Translations under genes and position numbers: made by a program | NCBI GenBank assembly: GCA_001687465.1 | Contig: LVLI01000382.1 | Span: 1 to 56,596, forward strand | Reading direction: 5' to 3' | DNA from: Halocafeteria seosinensis | Taxonomy: Eukaryota | DNA length: 56,596 nucleotides | Shown: positions 36,265 to 48,700 of the stretch, one piece after another | How positions within the stretch are numbered: position 1 is the stretch's first letter | Layout: every line of letters begins with the position of its first letter | Notes under the pieces: model-generated | Told to the model about the DNA's origin: nothing | Seen by the model: only the letters and a program-made list of their open reading frames with translations | Databases searched by the model: none

Positions 36265-39200
36265 TCAACTAGACAGTGGGACGCACTTGGAGAGTTCAAC
36301 AAGTAAGGAGTGAACATCGGCTACACTCGGGAGAAAATACCGGGCGTGAGTTCTCCCTCTTCCCACCTTGACGGTGAACGTGTGGCTCCACGATGAGCGT
36401 TGCTCTTCATTTCTATCTCCCTGGCCTTGTGCGTCACCAATGGCGGAGATCCCTTGCTTTGCTTGTTCATTCTGGCCAATGATCGCCTTTAGTGCCATGA
36501 ACATTTCTTCATCAGTGCTGTCGTCCCCAAGAGTCAAGACAAATTCCGCATCCGGAACCATTTCAGCAATCTTGTGCATGAGGGTTCCTTTGCTCGCAAG
36601 TCTAAGTGACACCTCCACGCGAGCTTTGCGGGTTGTTACCTGACAAAAGACAGAGACAATATGAACAAAACTTCTACCTACATCAGACGACGCACGTTTT
36701 CCTTACTTTTACCCGATCACTGAACGCTTCAACCAGAGTTTCTAAATCGGAGGCTAGAAACTGAGCCTGCTTTTCAGCCCATTCCGGATCAGAATCGCGA
36801 TGATCCCAAGCGATCACGGATTCGCAATCGTGAATCTCACTCCCATTTACGCGCCACCGATAGTCAGCCATAATTTCTTTTACATTAGCTTTTATATTCT
36901 GCCAGTTTTGGTCCCTTTCGGGAGGTGTATCGGTGGTCTCATGCCATACTTTTTTGGATCCATCTTCAGCCGATCGCGAATATATTGCCACGCCATTTTC
37001 AGCCACCAGGTGGACGTGCGGGAACTCTGCAAGGAACATTTGCTCCGTCAACTTTCTCGATGAGCCCGTAATTACAAATCTGCGGAAAATCGTAGTCATC
37101 AACCACCGCAGGTATGCGCTCTTAAACCCAGCGACGAGCACTTACACTTCCGTATCAGGATCACTCGCCACAGATTTCAAAATGTCCGCCAAATGTTGCG
37201 TTAGAGCAGAACCCTTAACAAGAGCGGTAGACAAGAACTCATGCTTTACGTAAGTTCCTATCCCTTCGCTGCGTGCTTCCATGTACAAGCAGTTGGTAAG
37301 TACCATGAACATGCCTCAAGTAGGCAGGGACTTACGTATTTAACAGAGTTCGGATATAATCTAATACAATAAGCCGCTTCTTCGATGCCTTAAACGCACT
37401 CGTCACATGAGCAGTATCCAACGAGAGGAGCTCTCCTGCATGAAGTTTCTTCGGATTAACGGCAGAAACCAGTTCTTCCTCCACTTGTTTCTGGGGGGAC
37501 TCTGCCTCGTCTCTACTTGAGCTACCCAGCGTTGTCCGGCGTGAATAAGTTCGAATATCTGAAGGCTCGATCTCAGTAAACGTTCCGAGACCACTACTCA
37601 TGCATTCTTGCAAGAGATCCACCAAAACCTAAATGTTCATTTTTTTCAAAATCAAAGTGTTTCGTTAGGGCATCGTTGCTTCGTTAAACTTTAGAATAAA
37701 CTTACCTCCCGCGCCCATTTCGCACTTGGATTCCTCGTAGCATACATGTAGTCGCGCCACTGTCGAAATTTGCGTTCTTCGTCTCTCAGTACTAACGCTT
37801 TGTCAATAGCGTTTGTAACCTGCAAGAGCGGTAACTGTTCCGTTGTTAAAGGGTTCCCAAAAAGATAAATAGTCATACCTCTTCAATGTTCCAAGGATTC
37901 ACCAGTATGTTACTGTTCAGTATATGACAAGCCGTGCTAAACTCGCTCAAGACCACACAGCCACCTCTTTCTGGGGGCGGTAACGGAGCCACTAAGGGTT
38001 GCTGTACCACTGGCACAGGCAATTTCGGGCTTGGTACGGGACGCAGGTTTTGGGAATGCTCGAGAGGAGACAAGAGTGGAGCGACTTGTCCAAGTCCTGA
38101 GCTAGAGTCTCCCCCGGTAGGCGAGTCTTTAGAAGACAAGCTAGTACTCGTGAGTTTGCTGGTGTTCTCATCGAGAGTGCTACCCCCTAGTGACTCTTGG
38201 CCTGACGACTCTTCAGTTATCGTAGCCATCTTTCCACGTCTAGCTGTCCTATTAGGATTCTGGATGGTTGGAAACAAACTCCTAAACAGAGCATCGATGG
38301 CTTTCTTGCCCCAGCCTTTGTCTGAAGACCTGTCCATAACCTTCTTTGAGTATTGGCTAGACAAGCTTTCCGGTGCTTCTCCATTGGAATGTTCAACTCC
38401 GTCTGGTTGGTTCGCTTGATCTCTCGGGGAAGTCGTGCCGCTTGAGCCTTTCTCTTTGCCTTCCGTCTTTCGTCTTTTTTCCATGCGGTCACGATTCAAC
38501 GACCAGGTAGTTCGCGCATAGACATACTCTAAGGGCATCAAGTTCAACCCCTCCCGAATCGGAGTTTGCAGTAGCACGTCCGCGGTGTGAAATAGTCCAA
38601 TGCGGTATGTAGGAGGATAGGAAATCGCTTCTGCGTAATCTACTACAGGGCCAAATGCGTTACAAATGCGGCTAACCAAGTTCTTTAACTCTTTGCTGGT
38701 ACGTGCATAGTCCGACGGCTGGCTATCCCGAATCTCGCATCTCTGAACAAGCACCACATGTTCTCTCAATCGAGAGTTTTGCTCCATGAGCCTCTCAAAA
38801 GCTAAAAGTTTTAAGGCGATACCAGACAAGCGTTCACAAGTGTCGAATCCTGCTATAATGATCTTATAAGGGTAAGCAGAACGGAAGTGCGCGGCATGAT
38901 ATGCCGCCTCATGAGAATCCATCCAGCCCTTCAGTTTCGGTACGTCCACGCCTACATGGGATATGGCGACCTGCATCCATTCCAGTTAGTGTTATTACCA
39001 ACCAGCATCGTCCTGCAAAATGAAAGTGTCTTACCATGACATCTCTACCGTGATAATCCAACCCGATTCGCCCACCTTGTCGGCTCTGGAAATTTAGCCC
39101 TAGGACACGCTTACAGCACTGGAGAAAGTGCCTCGCGTGGTTAAATGTATGGAATCCAACAACGTTAGACTCTAGTATTCCTTGCAATAGCTCCTCCCTC

Positions 39201-41435
39201 ATGGGTAAAGTACGGAACACCTCCGAGGTTGGAAACGGCGCATGCATAAAAAATACCTGTATGAAGAAGAGTATGTCAAGCAAGACGCCGGAACAGCCCA
39301 GGCACGAGCACTGAAACTTACCTGTGGAATATCCGCACAAAGTTGAGAAAGAAATTTGGGGACAATACACATTTGGAAATCATGAGTCCACACAGGATCA
39401 CCAGGTCTATGAACCTCGGCTACAGCCCGAGCAATACCTCTATTAACGGCCTTGTATGCTTTCCACCCGTCCCGTTGCAACTTTGCTGCCCTCACCGACG
39501 GCAGGCATTCATGTGGTTTTTGCATCTGAACAGCCGCTGAATTATCCTGGCTTTCTTGCTCTCCGGAAACACGTTTCGGAGACACCAAAGAAATCCTCTC
39601 CGCCTCCTGCCCTCCACTAAAAGGCTCGCCTTCTTTGGAACCTAAAGGGGCATTAGCGTCCATCGCAAAAATGCTGTGCTCGTCACCGATATCAAGTACA
39701 TTGTGAAGTGCAGGGCGCAACACCATTGTCAAGAACTGGTGAAACTGCTGAAACGTCGTCTCAGATACTGCATCGGAATCAATGTTACATCGAACCTTTG
39801 CAAGGTGAACTACCACATGACACCGTACATACCTCCAAGTTCATCCATAAATATGGGTATGACGTTCAAAGACTTTAACGCCGTTTTAATGCCTTTCTTA
39901 TCTTCTTCCGATAAGTGAATCCAGTCTTCAAAATGGCCATATTCTGGTCTCGCGTAGTCGGTTTCATACGAGCCCGGCCCTTTCGTCTCTGATAGGTGCT
40001 CAAGAGACGGCAACGCATCCTCTTTAGGTTCCCTAAACGCTTGAGGTCCGGGAGGGGACGATCCTATCCCTTGGTAGCGATATTTTTGGTCCTTTTTATC
40101 GTCTTCAGCAGCTTCAGCGTTGAATGCCGAGGATGTGGATCGATGTCTTAGAGAACGAAGCTCATCTGTCATATTGGGTGCTACGGGCACAGGGTCGACG
40201 GAGATCCCCTGTGCATCCCTTGCATCATCCGTAGCACGATCGCCTGAGGATTCAGTTCCTTCATCGAGACCTGAGCGTTCACGTGCGGCGGGAGGCAACG
40301 TCCCGCTGCTACGTCTCCTCCGTGCGCCTTCCTCCGGAGTCACCCTGTCAATACAACGACGTGTTACACAGCCGATCCAAAAGCACTCAATATATTTTGC
40401 AACGCTGTGTTCACTCCTAGAGAGAAAACTGTCGGTATCCCATTGAGCCGTCCACTCTCCACTCTGGTTGCAGCGTAGAATCACAGGAAGGTGGTATGAT
40501 AAAACAAAGTACCTCCGTGAGACCATCAGATTCTGTAACACCCTAGCGGAAGTACGTCCTTTGTGCACAGAACCATAAGTAACTTTGCTGCTCCGTTCGG
40601 TTCCAATATCCGTTCCCGAAGAAACGTCGTCTGCAACCTCATTTCGTTGGGAATACCCTGTAATCGCCTGTAGTGCGCGTTGAGCAGCATCGTGTGGATC
40701 GTCCTCCTCGGCATTTGTCAATACACACTTTCCTTCAGCTTCATCCATATACGCATGTTCATGTTCTTCGTATATTTCACTCTCTTTGCTAGGATGACCG
40801 CAGAAGTGATGGGGAGTCCTTTTCGGGTATCCAACTGTCGTGGAAGTGGCGACCGAAATGTTCAAAGTGCTCTGTTGTGGCATGCTGTTTCCTTCTGAAA
40901 GGCCAGATCGGGGAACAATAAATTTCGGATCCGAAACCACGTCAAAAACATCCTTTATAGCAGCTCTATCTTCAGTAGGAAACATCAACCGATCTCCATC
41001 TACATTCTCCCAGCGTACCAACTCGGATCCCTCGAACACTGGCAGCAAAGCATGCAAACATCTCGTTGTTTGCCGGTTAAGCACCGCAGTACGAAGACCA
41101 CTTACAGGCATATCTGTACCTAATGGGTACGTCCCGGGGAACAACCAACCAAGGAGAGACCCATAAATCGGGCTTATTTTGCTCAGCCAGTACCAAGGGG
41201 ACAGCGTTCTCTAGATTGAATCCTCCGAGTGATGTGGCATCTCCCGATACCACGATGGAGCGCTTATTGTCATAATTAGCTTCCACCTGCGTATACATGA
41301 ATCAAGAGACACTTGTTAGCACTCGATAAAAGTCATACGTTCGAGGTTCTCTCATCCTCTCTCAAGGGCGTTGAAGCCCTTATTCAAGACACATACGTTG
41401 AATTGTATCCGGCTGAGGGACGCATCGGACGTCAT
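36265..41435 (-). CDS. CBM20 - trehalose-6-phosphate synthase (GT20) - trehalose phosphatase (HAD) fusion, multi-exon
   Basis: ATG at 41435. CBM20-like: IVVSGDATSLGGFNLENAVPL..W..IRYRYA/LFEGSELVRWE. GT20: SYHLPV, VWTHDFQM, FFMHAPFPTSEVFRTLP, GFHTFNHARHF, REGLNLMPLEY, VLSEF, VNPWN. TPP: RLIVLDY, ITG, LVAENG, GDDSTDEEMF, FTVKVG. Confidence 0.93.
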
Positions 41436-42348
41436 CTTTGCTCTTATACTGGTATTGTGTCTCAATGGCGGGACAGGATGCGATAATCATGCAGGGACGA
41501 GCTGACAAAGGAGAAGTTCAACCCCCAGTCCTCCGTGATCGAAATGAAGCGAGATAGAAGTTGGTTGTACTGTTATTCACCACTGACACTGAGGGGAAAA
41601 AACATGTGTTCGCTTCTCAACACGAGATTGTACTATGTGGCAGCGGGACAAACCAACCTTTTCCAACAACTAAATAGTTACTAAAGCATGAAGCGGGAGA
41701 CTTAGCGGCAGTCACTCGAATCTCCTGAGTCGCTCTGGTTGAAGGGGATTTCGTTTATTTATCAGATTGGAGAAATAAACTCTTTGTTCGAACTAAGTGA
41801 CCTATTTGATGACACATTGAAGACAGCTTTGAGGCTCGAGTCGATATTCCCGAATCATTTCGGAACCCAACACTGCACGCAATGGTTGCTACAAACTAAT
41901 CACCTGAGGGAAAGTTAAACCTTAAGAGGTGGTCAAAGAATGCATAGCATTCCATCACTATCACAATCCCTGCTCGAAAAGAAAACGAACATTATTAAGA
42001 GTTTCATCAGAAATGCTTTAACTATACTATCAGGTTGTCAACGGCGGACTGGGCGGCGGCTTGGCACTGAACCTGCTGTTGCAACACTCTCTATGTCGTC
42101 CTGCCTCATCCTTGACATGTTTCACCCGACAATATCCTTTGACACATGGGATCACCAACTACAAAAAATGAATAATTAGTTTTAGATGGAAATCTTCACC
42201 ATAAAACTCGTCACCTATCGGTCGCGGCATGCTTTATCGCAGAACATCGGGAACCGTCGAAGGTACCCTACCCAATTCGTGGTTCATCGTCTTCAGGAAC
42301 GTATCCAGGTTACCAAGCAACGAGAAATAATTAGTTTATGTCATTCTT

Positions 42349-43139
42349 CTACTTTTCATCCAGTTTGCCTAATCCAGCGAGTAAAGGGATTTCAGTAGCC
42401 AACCAAGGTCCGAGCTGTAAACCAAAGTCCACAAACAAACTACTGTTTAGTGGCGACAGTAGACGAATAGTATCATCTACATACACCAAGATGCAGAGCA
42501 TGCACGATTCCAAAGCGTGGGGCATTTCTTTTCCAAAGCGGAAAAAAGTGGTCCGACAAACAGCTGTCGCATAATCTCATCAGTTAGATTTCGTCCATAG
42601 CGGTTCGGTTCTACCAGTCTACCCTGGTACCAGAGTTACTTACATTTTTCCTCCTCTGAATTCATAGAACCTCCTAGTGAAAATTAATTCATTGTCCAAG
42701 TTGCGAGTTTGCAACCAACTTACTTATACATCTTGACTGTTTTCCCATCCAATTCGGGAACGATGATCTCAAATGGCGCCGTAGGATACGTGCTAGGTAT
42801 CTCAAATTCAAAGCCAAATTGATATTTGACCCCGCTGACAAATATCCAACATTTCCCTTCCCATCTGTATTTACAATCAACAAGCCCTATTCAAAAGCGC
42901 CCACTAGGCACAATCTCAAGTCTCGCGTACTTGATGCACTTCTTATCAGCCGGTTTGACAGAAAACCAATCTGAATCCTGAGCTTTCTTGTCCTTTTGGT
43001 ATTCGATCAGTATTCGAAATTCCTCCTTCAGTCTTGCTTCCCACTGCCCCTTGTCGCTCAATGGACCAGCGTCAATTGCTTTCAGGAGGGGGAGCCCTTC
43101 CACTGCAGGTCCACTTGCAGCTGCTGCAGACGCCGACAT
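42349..43139 (-). CDS. UFC1: Ubiquitin-fold modifier-conjugating enzyme 1 (UFM1 E2), 5 exons
   Basis: Spliced product: [31 protein letters not shown]../[76 protein letters not shown]. Microexon at 42644-42655. Confidence 0.95.
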
Positions 43140-43382
43140 CGAGGTATTTTCTCTTTCACTGTTTGTGTTTACACTAAGGGTGGTATTGAAACCAATACCT
43201 TGCAGATAAAATTGTGAACAAATCATATGTACCACGATCGAGAAGGTGTGCACAGTCCACGTCTCACTCTGTACAGTGTAAGAGTGGTCCCGACTTGGTG
43301 GTTTGTTAATCGCTGCCGCTTTTGGCTGCCTCAAGTTTATTGAATATTACATTTTAAACAACCCTTTCGGGTCCTGAGAATA
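43140..43382. promoter_or_regulatory. Probable bidirectional promoter between UFC1 and PRP17
   Basis: About 240 nt separate the divergent start codons. This is inferred from gene geometry only. Confidence 0.45.
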
Positions 43383-45191
43383 ATGGACGAACTAGGCCAG
43401 TACTATGACGATGATGATAGCAATCATACAGGGGATCAACAGCAGCAATCTCATGGCCAAAGTGCAGCCCCAGCTCTAATGAAAAGACCCATAGCTAGTG
43501 CCCCTTCAGTCTCCATGATTCAGTACGATGCTGGTGCAGGGAATAATTCAGGTTATGTACCGTCGAATGCATCTCAGATAATGACGAATCCGAAAGCAGA
43601 AGAACTGTGGACGCCTCTCCAAGGTCCTTCCCATCCTATTCGAGAGCGCCAAGCACTCGTTCCTGGACAAGATCAGACTTTAGCAGGGGCTACTGTGCGT
43701 CCTGACGGGATAGATGAATTCACGTTTGAGTCCCAGTATAATACATACAAAACGTTTGGGTACGCCTATCATCCAGCGGGGAATAACACGCTCGTGGGAG
43801 ATCGAAGCCAAGCCCCGTTACTCGGCTATGAGTCGCTAGCGAGTGCTTCTGGACAAGCGATCGCCAAGGAAATGAAAAAGCGAAAGCGAGAAGATGCCGA
43901 AGCGCAGAAGGAATCTGTTGCTGCCATTACAGAACGGGCAGGGGGTCCTTACTCTGTGAAACCCGCAGTGGACACAGGAGAACTTACAGAAGCACAGATT
44001 GAGTACCGGAAGAAAAAAGGGTTGTCTATTCCAGAATCAGCGCAACAGAAGAAAGGAAGCAAGAAAGATCCCGCAGGAAACGAGCGTAATAGAGAAGTTA
44101 AGAAACAGAAGAATGACGCAGTTACAGAGCAACCTACCGTACCGGAGGAGAACAGTCGAGAAGGCATGTCCATCGAGCAAACTCATACTGTTTTCCACGG
44201 TAAAGAGTATTACGACTACCAGGGACGTTCCTGGATGGAGCCACCAAAAGGCTTACATCCAGACGAGGGAGATCATCGGTGCTACCCTCCAAAGAAGTGC
44301 ATCCATACGTTCAGAGGTCATGGAAAGGGTGTCCAGTGCATTCGTTTTTTCCCACTCTACGGTCATTTGTTACTGTCAGGAGGATTGGATGGAAAAATCA
44401 AGATATGGGATGTGCACTCCAAAGCCTGTATGAGAACCTACATTGGTCACACAGCAGGTATACGTGATCTAAAGTTCACAGCAGATGGGAAGCACTTTCT
44501 TAGCTGCTCCTACGATGGTCGCGTGAAGTACTGGGACACTGAATCAGGAAAATGCCTATCAGACTTTGACGTAGATTCTACCCCATACTGCCTTGCTATT
44601 CACCCTGTTGAACAGAACGTATTCCTGGTAGGCTTGCAAAATAGCCATGTCGTGCAATACGATATCAATACAGGAGAGGTAGTGCAGGATTACTTCCATC
44701 ACTTAAAGCGGGTGAATAGCATTGTATACGTAGAAAACGGCGATAGATTTGTGAGCACTAGTGATGATAGAACAATGCTCGTTTGGGAGGCCGGCATTCC
44801 CGTTCCCATCAAGTACATTTCCGATCCCGAAATGCATTCGATACCTGCAACGGCGCTGCATCCTAAGGGACAATATTTCGTCGGACAAAGTTTGAACAAC
44901 ACCATAGTGACGTACTCAGCCCAGAATCGATTCAACTTGAATCCTAAAAAAGAGTTCACTGGACATATCAATGCTGGGTTTGCCTGTGAGCTTTCCTTCA
45001 GTCCGAATGGGCAGTATTTGATTTCGGGTTCCAGCGATGGCAACGTGTTCATTTGGGATTGGAGACACGGAAAGCCTCAGAAACGTTATAAAGGACACAA
45101 TGGAGTCTGCATTTCCACGCAGTGGCATCCTTTAGAACCGTCTCTGATTGCAACTGCTGGTTGGGATGCTTCAATCAAATTGTGGCAGTAA
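43383..45191 (+). CDS. CDC40: Pre-mRNA processing factor 17 (WD40)
   Basis: NPKAEELWTPLQGPSHP, FTFESQYNTYKTFGYA, FHGKEYYDYQGRSWM, PKKCIHTFRGH, seven WD repeats, PVPIKYISDPEMHSIP, GWDASIKLW. Confidence 0.95.
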   Translation: MDELGQYYDDDDSNHTGDQQQQSHGQSAAPALMKRPIASAPSVSMIQYDAGAGNNSGYVPSNASQIMTNPKAEELWTPLQGPSHPIRERQALVPGQDQTLAGATVRPDGIDEFTFESQYNTYKTFGYAYHPAGNNTLVGDRSQAPLLGYESLASASGQAIAKEMKKRKREDAEAQKESVAAITERAGGPYSVKPAVDTGELTEAQIEYRKKKGLSIPESAQQKKGSKKDPAGNERNREVKKQKNDAVTEQPTVPEENSREGMSIEQTHTVFHGKEYYDYQGRSWMEPPKGLHPDEGDHRCYPPKKCIHTFRGHGKGVQCIRFFPLYGHLLLSGGLDGKIKIWDVHSKACMRTYIGHTAGIRDLKFTADGKHFLSCSYDGRVKYWDTESGKCLSDFDVDSTPYCLAIHPVEQNVFLVGLQNSHVVQYDINTGEVVQDYFHHLKRVNSIVYVENGDRFVSTSDDRTMLVWEAGIPVPIKYISDPEMHSIPATALHPKGQYFVGQSLNNTIVTYSAQNRFNLNPKKEFTGHINAGFACELSFSPNGQYLISGSSDGNVFIWDWRHGKPQKRYKGHNGVCISTQWHPLEPSLIATAGWDASIKLWQ

Positions 45192-45717
45192 TTTTGGTTT
45201 TGGGATACACAGTAGATATGAGTAGCCTCAACAATATACCGGGAAATACCTAGTCTCGAAGAATATCGTTTGGTCAATGGACGCTCACAGGTGCATAAAC
45301 CAGAAAACCAATACTACACCAGATAGCGAATTTAAGGCAAAGGCTACTTGGAAGAGCACCGATCGGTGCAACTTGACTCCTATTTCAACGTCACTTTTCC
45401 GCATTAACGCCAAACACAACCAGCAATCAGTTGCAACAATTTTGTACATAGCGTGCTGTGTGGATAAAAGCCATTCAATGTCATGGACGCAGTCCTTCTT
45501 CAGGTAAAGCAAGCTTGAAGACAAGGAAAAACAGGGAGTGAACGGATCAACAACAACAATAAACGATATCACGCTCCTATAGGCACTAGTATTATCTACT
45601 ATTGCTATAAGTGCAGATATGCCTATTTAAGCTAGCTTGGGTCGCCCTTGTGTACGACACCGTGAGATATTTGTCTGAGCAACGGGTCACAATTTTTGCA
45701 TCTACTGCAACTGGAAA

Positions 45718-48700
45718 ATGTCGATTTCTGAGGCGTCCTCTCCGGGAGGAAGTCGAACGAAAGATAGCAAAGAATACCAGAAGGACTTCCGATGGTGCCT
45801 TGAAGCTCTTAGTGAATCATGCGTTAATCCTCGGTCTGCTCACATTGAAAGAGAACCATTTCGAATTATCGATACTGTGCTGCTTTCGGAACGGAGAGCC
45901 CAGTTATGGTTGAGAACGTCTAGCGATGGTCAACTAGAAACCCTTGTCGATAGCAATAGTCAGCCGATAATGACGAAGGACATTATTGAAATGTTAGATA
46001 ACTATCTCGTCCAGAATATTGAAAAGAACCCTGATGAGATCTACGCCCAAGTCATATCTGAAACAGAGCGGATGGAGGTTAGTACCCCACTAGCACTTCG
46101 TGACAACGTCAGTTCTTATTCTTCAGCTTTTGGATGCAGCGAGTTACTGCTACCGAGTATAGAACCTTGTATGGAAACGGGCTTCCCATAGCAACAGCAA
46201 TACAGCCATATATACCGCAAGCAGGCTTAGCCTCCGGTTATAATTTCCGGTTTCGCATTACGTAAGTCCAGATACTAGTTTTTCACTATCTCCTCGTTTG
46301 AACAGAATTGTACGTTCTCATGACAGTACCGAGGAAGCAAATGAAGAGCTGCATCGGCGCACAGGGCTGTACCAATACGTGGATCATCTCGACGGAGGTG
46401 GACCTACCCTGGTAGGTCCGCTCAATCGAGATGAACTGGAGGGTATGGAAATTAAGCGGGCAGTTTCTGCGGTTAGTCGGTATGTCTGGAAATCAGATTA
46501 AGAAGTAATCCGAAAGAACTTATTTAAGAGATGTCGTCGCATGCAGGACTATCGAAGAGCAAAAGCAATGCTTCATCACCTCAATGGACCTCGACTTTAT
46601 AATAGATCATGAAGACTCTATTTGGCTGGCAAAACTTAGCAATATTAAGGTTGCTTTACTCCCTGGCCAAATGCCGCAAACTGGAGAGGAGCTTATTCAC
46701 GAAAAGATACGACTAAACAAGCAGCATTTTCACTACCTAAAAAAGCTTCAACCCCACAAAGAAGGAATCAGAGACGCGCTGGGGTCCACGTCGAGAGTTC
46801 TATCACTAGAAGACGAAAACGGAGACGTCCTAGAGGCAGATAAGGAGGAGGGTACCGGGTCCTGGCGAAATAAAAAGTACTTTTACAATGAATATCGGAA
46901 AGAGTTTACGTTTGACGATGACGACGACAAAGATCTAGAAGTAAGCTCGTTCATAGACAGTGAGATGAAAATTCCCCAGTGGGCAGATGTGCTGAACAAC
47001 TTCCTGGAAAAGATAGACTTCTTCCAGCTAGAGTCACTGGGAGATGAACCGAACCCTCCCCCAGCTATTAAACTGGTCATGTCCGCTTTAACGCTATTAA
47101 GCACGGGTAGCTCCCTTGGCTGGAACAAAGTGTCTGCAGAATTGAGGGAAGGTACATTCCTCCAGCGGCTCAGAAGAATTCGCCACTCTCAGTCGACAAT
47201 AAATGCAACCAACGTTGACATTACTTCGCAACTAATTAGTAGAGAAGACATGGCCCCAGACAAGTTATTGCCGCAGCATTTTGTTGCCGGTTGCACTTCT
47301 TTGTTCCTCTGGGTTTCTTTATTGGAGTTCGGAAAGAACGGACGATTTTCTGAAGCTTGGTTGGCGAAACAGTCACAACTCACAGTCAAAGAAATATCGA
47401 GAATGAGCCTGATCCCGGACGACATTCAGCAAGCGTCTTTTGATGCCGAAAGTAAGGCGAGAGAAGATAAACTCAGCGCTGAGGTGTCTGCAAAGTTCTC
47501 CAGGCACAGAAAGGTACCAGCCCTGCATTTAGCTTCCTCAACTGCCTCCGGATCACGTGAAGTACCGAAACACTATTTGAGCAAGTTCCAACGTGATCTA
47601 ATGACAGCTGCGGAACAACTCAGAAAATCGGGGTTTTCCCTACCACCTCATTTGCAAGCTCTTTACGCAAAGCAACGGAAAAAACTGGAGGAGAAGGACG
47701 ATCCACAGCCAGAAGAACTGGATGATGCGGAAGCTAAGGAACGAGCATCTCGACGCGCTACTCGTGAGAAATTGAAGTCACAATCAAGACAACAAAAAGC
47801 AATTGATAGTATCTCCCCTTATCATTCCGTCTCAATGGCACAGCTGCAGCATTACAACTGGGATAAGAAGCCAAAGAAGCTCTCCCCGCCTCGCATGACG
47901 CGACAGGGGTTACAGCAAACCAAATCCCAACCAACGATGGAATCACGAATCTCAGCGACACGCTCAACTACCCGTACAAATACTTTTCGAGGAGCTTCTC
48001 CATCTAAGCATGGAAAAATAAAATGCGCAGAAGGTCAGTTTCGACTACCGTATATCATTCTAGGAGATCAAGACCCGGAAAGAAAATCCTTCAATTTCGT
48101 CATCGTTAACGATATTTTCGACGACATACATCAGCTTCAAGAAATTATTCCATCCAATATCCTGGAGTCGAGTAGAGTGTTGCTCGTTAACCTACCAAAA
48201 CAGGCCGGAACAGCGGGAAAACTGGGAACCAACGAAACACTCAGCACAAGCTTTTATTCGGAATGTCTGGCCGAAGTCTTGCAGCGACTCAACGATACCG
48301 GAAAGTTCTTCACAACAGCGAAAGCCGCTGATGCTGCGCTCAAACAGGTTAATGAAATAAATCAGCGCAAGTCGGGTGGATCTGGACCTATCAAATTCAC
48401 GGACGATGAAGGAAATATGCTGCCGCAGGCCATGCCACAGAAGTTTCACATCGTATCCTTCGGATATGGTGCTGCGATTGCCACAAAATTTGTCAAATTA
48501 TTCGGAAAAGAGTTTCGCGAGCTATTAGCCTCCGTTGTGTTGATCAATGGCTTTCTGAATGTTTCCTCTCGAATGAAACAACTGATTGAAAATGCGATGG
48601 AGTTGTTCGGTTCGTTTCCGGATTCTGCTTCTGATATCCCTTTCACGCACATCGCAAAACTCTTCCTTTCCGATGCTAATGAGGAGGCACTCTGTGAGTT

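Noticed and set aside
26368..41435. Fragmented cullin/TPS ORFs as pseudogenes or an alternative genetic code
   Set aside because: The breaks I examined coincide with GT-AG introns that restore the frame under the standard code.
41440..42340. ncRNA or gene in the ~900-nt gap between TPS and UFC1
   Set aside because: No recognisable tRNA/snRNA motifs or credible ORF.
45285..45572. 95-aa minus-strand ORF with a hydrophobic C-terminus
   Set aside because: It has a non-ATG start and no recognisable family, so I cannot support it.
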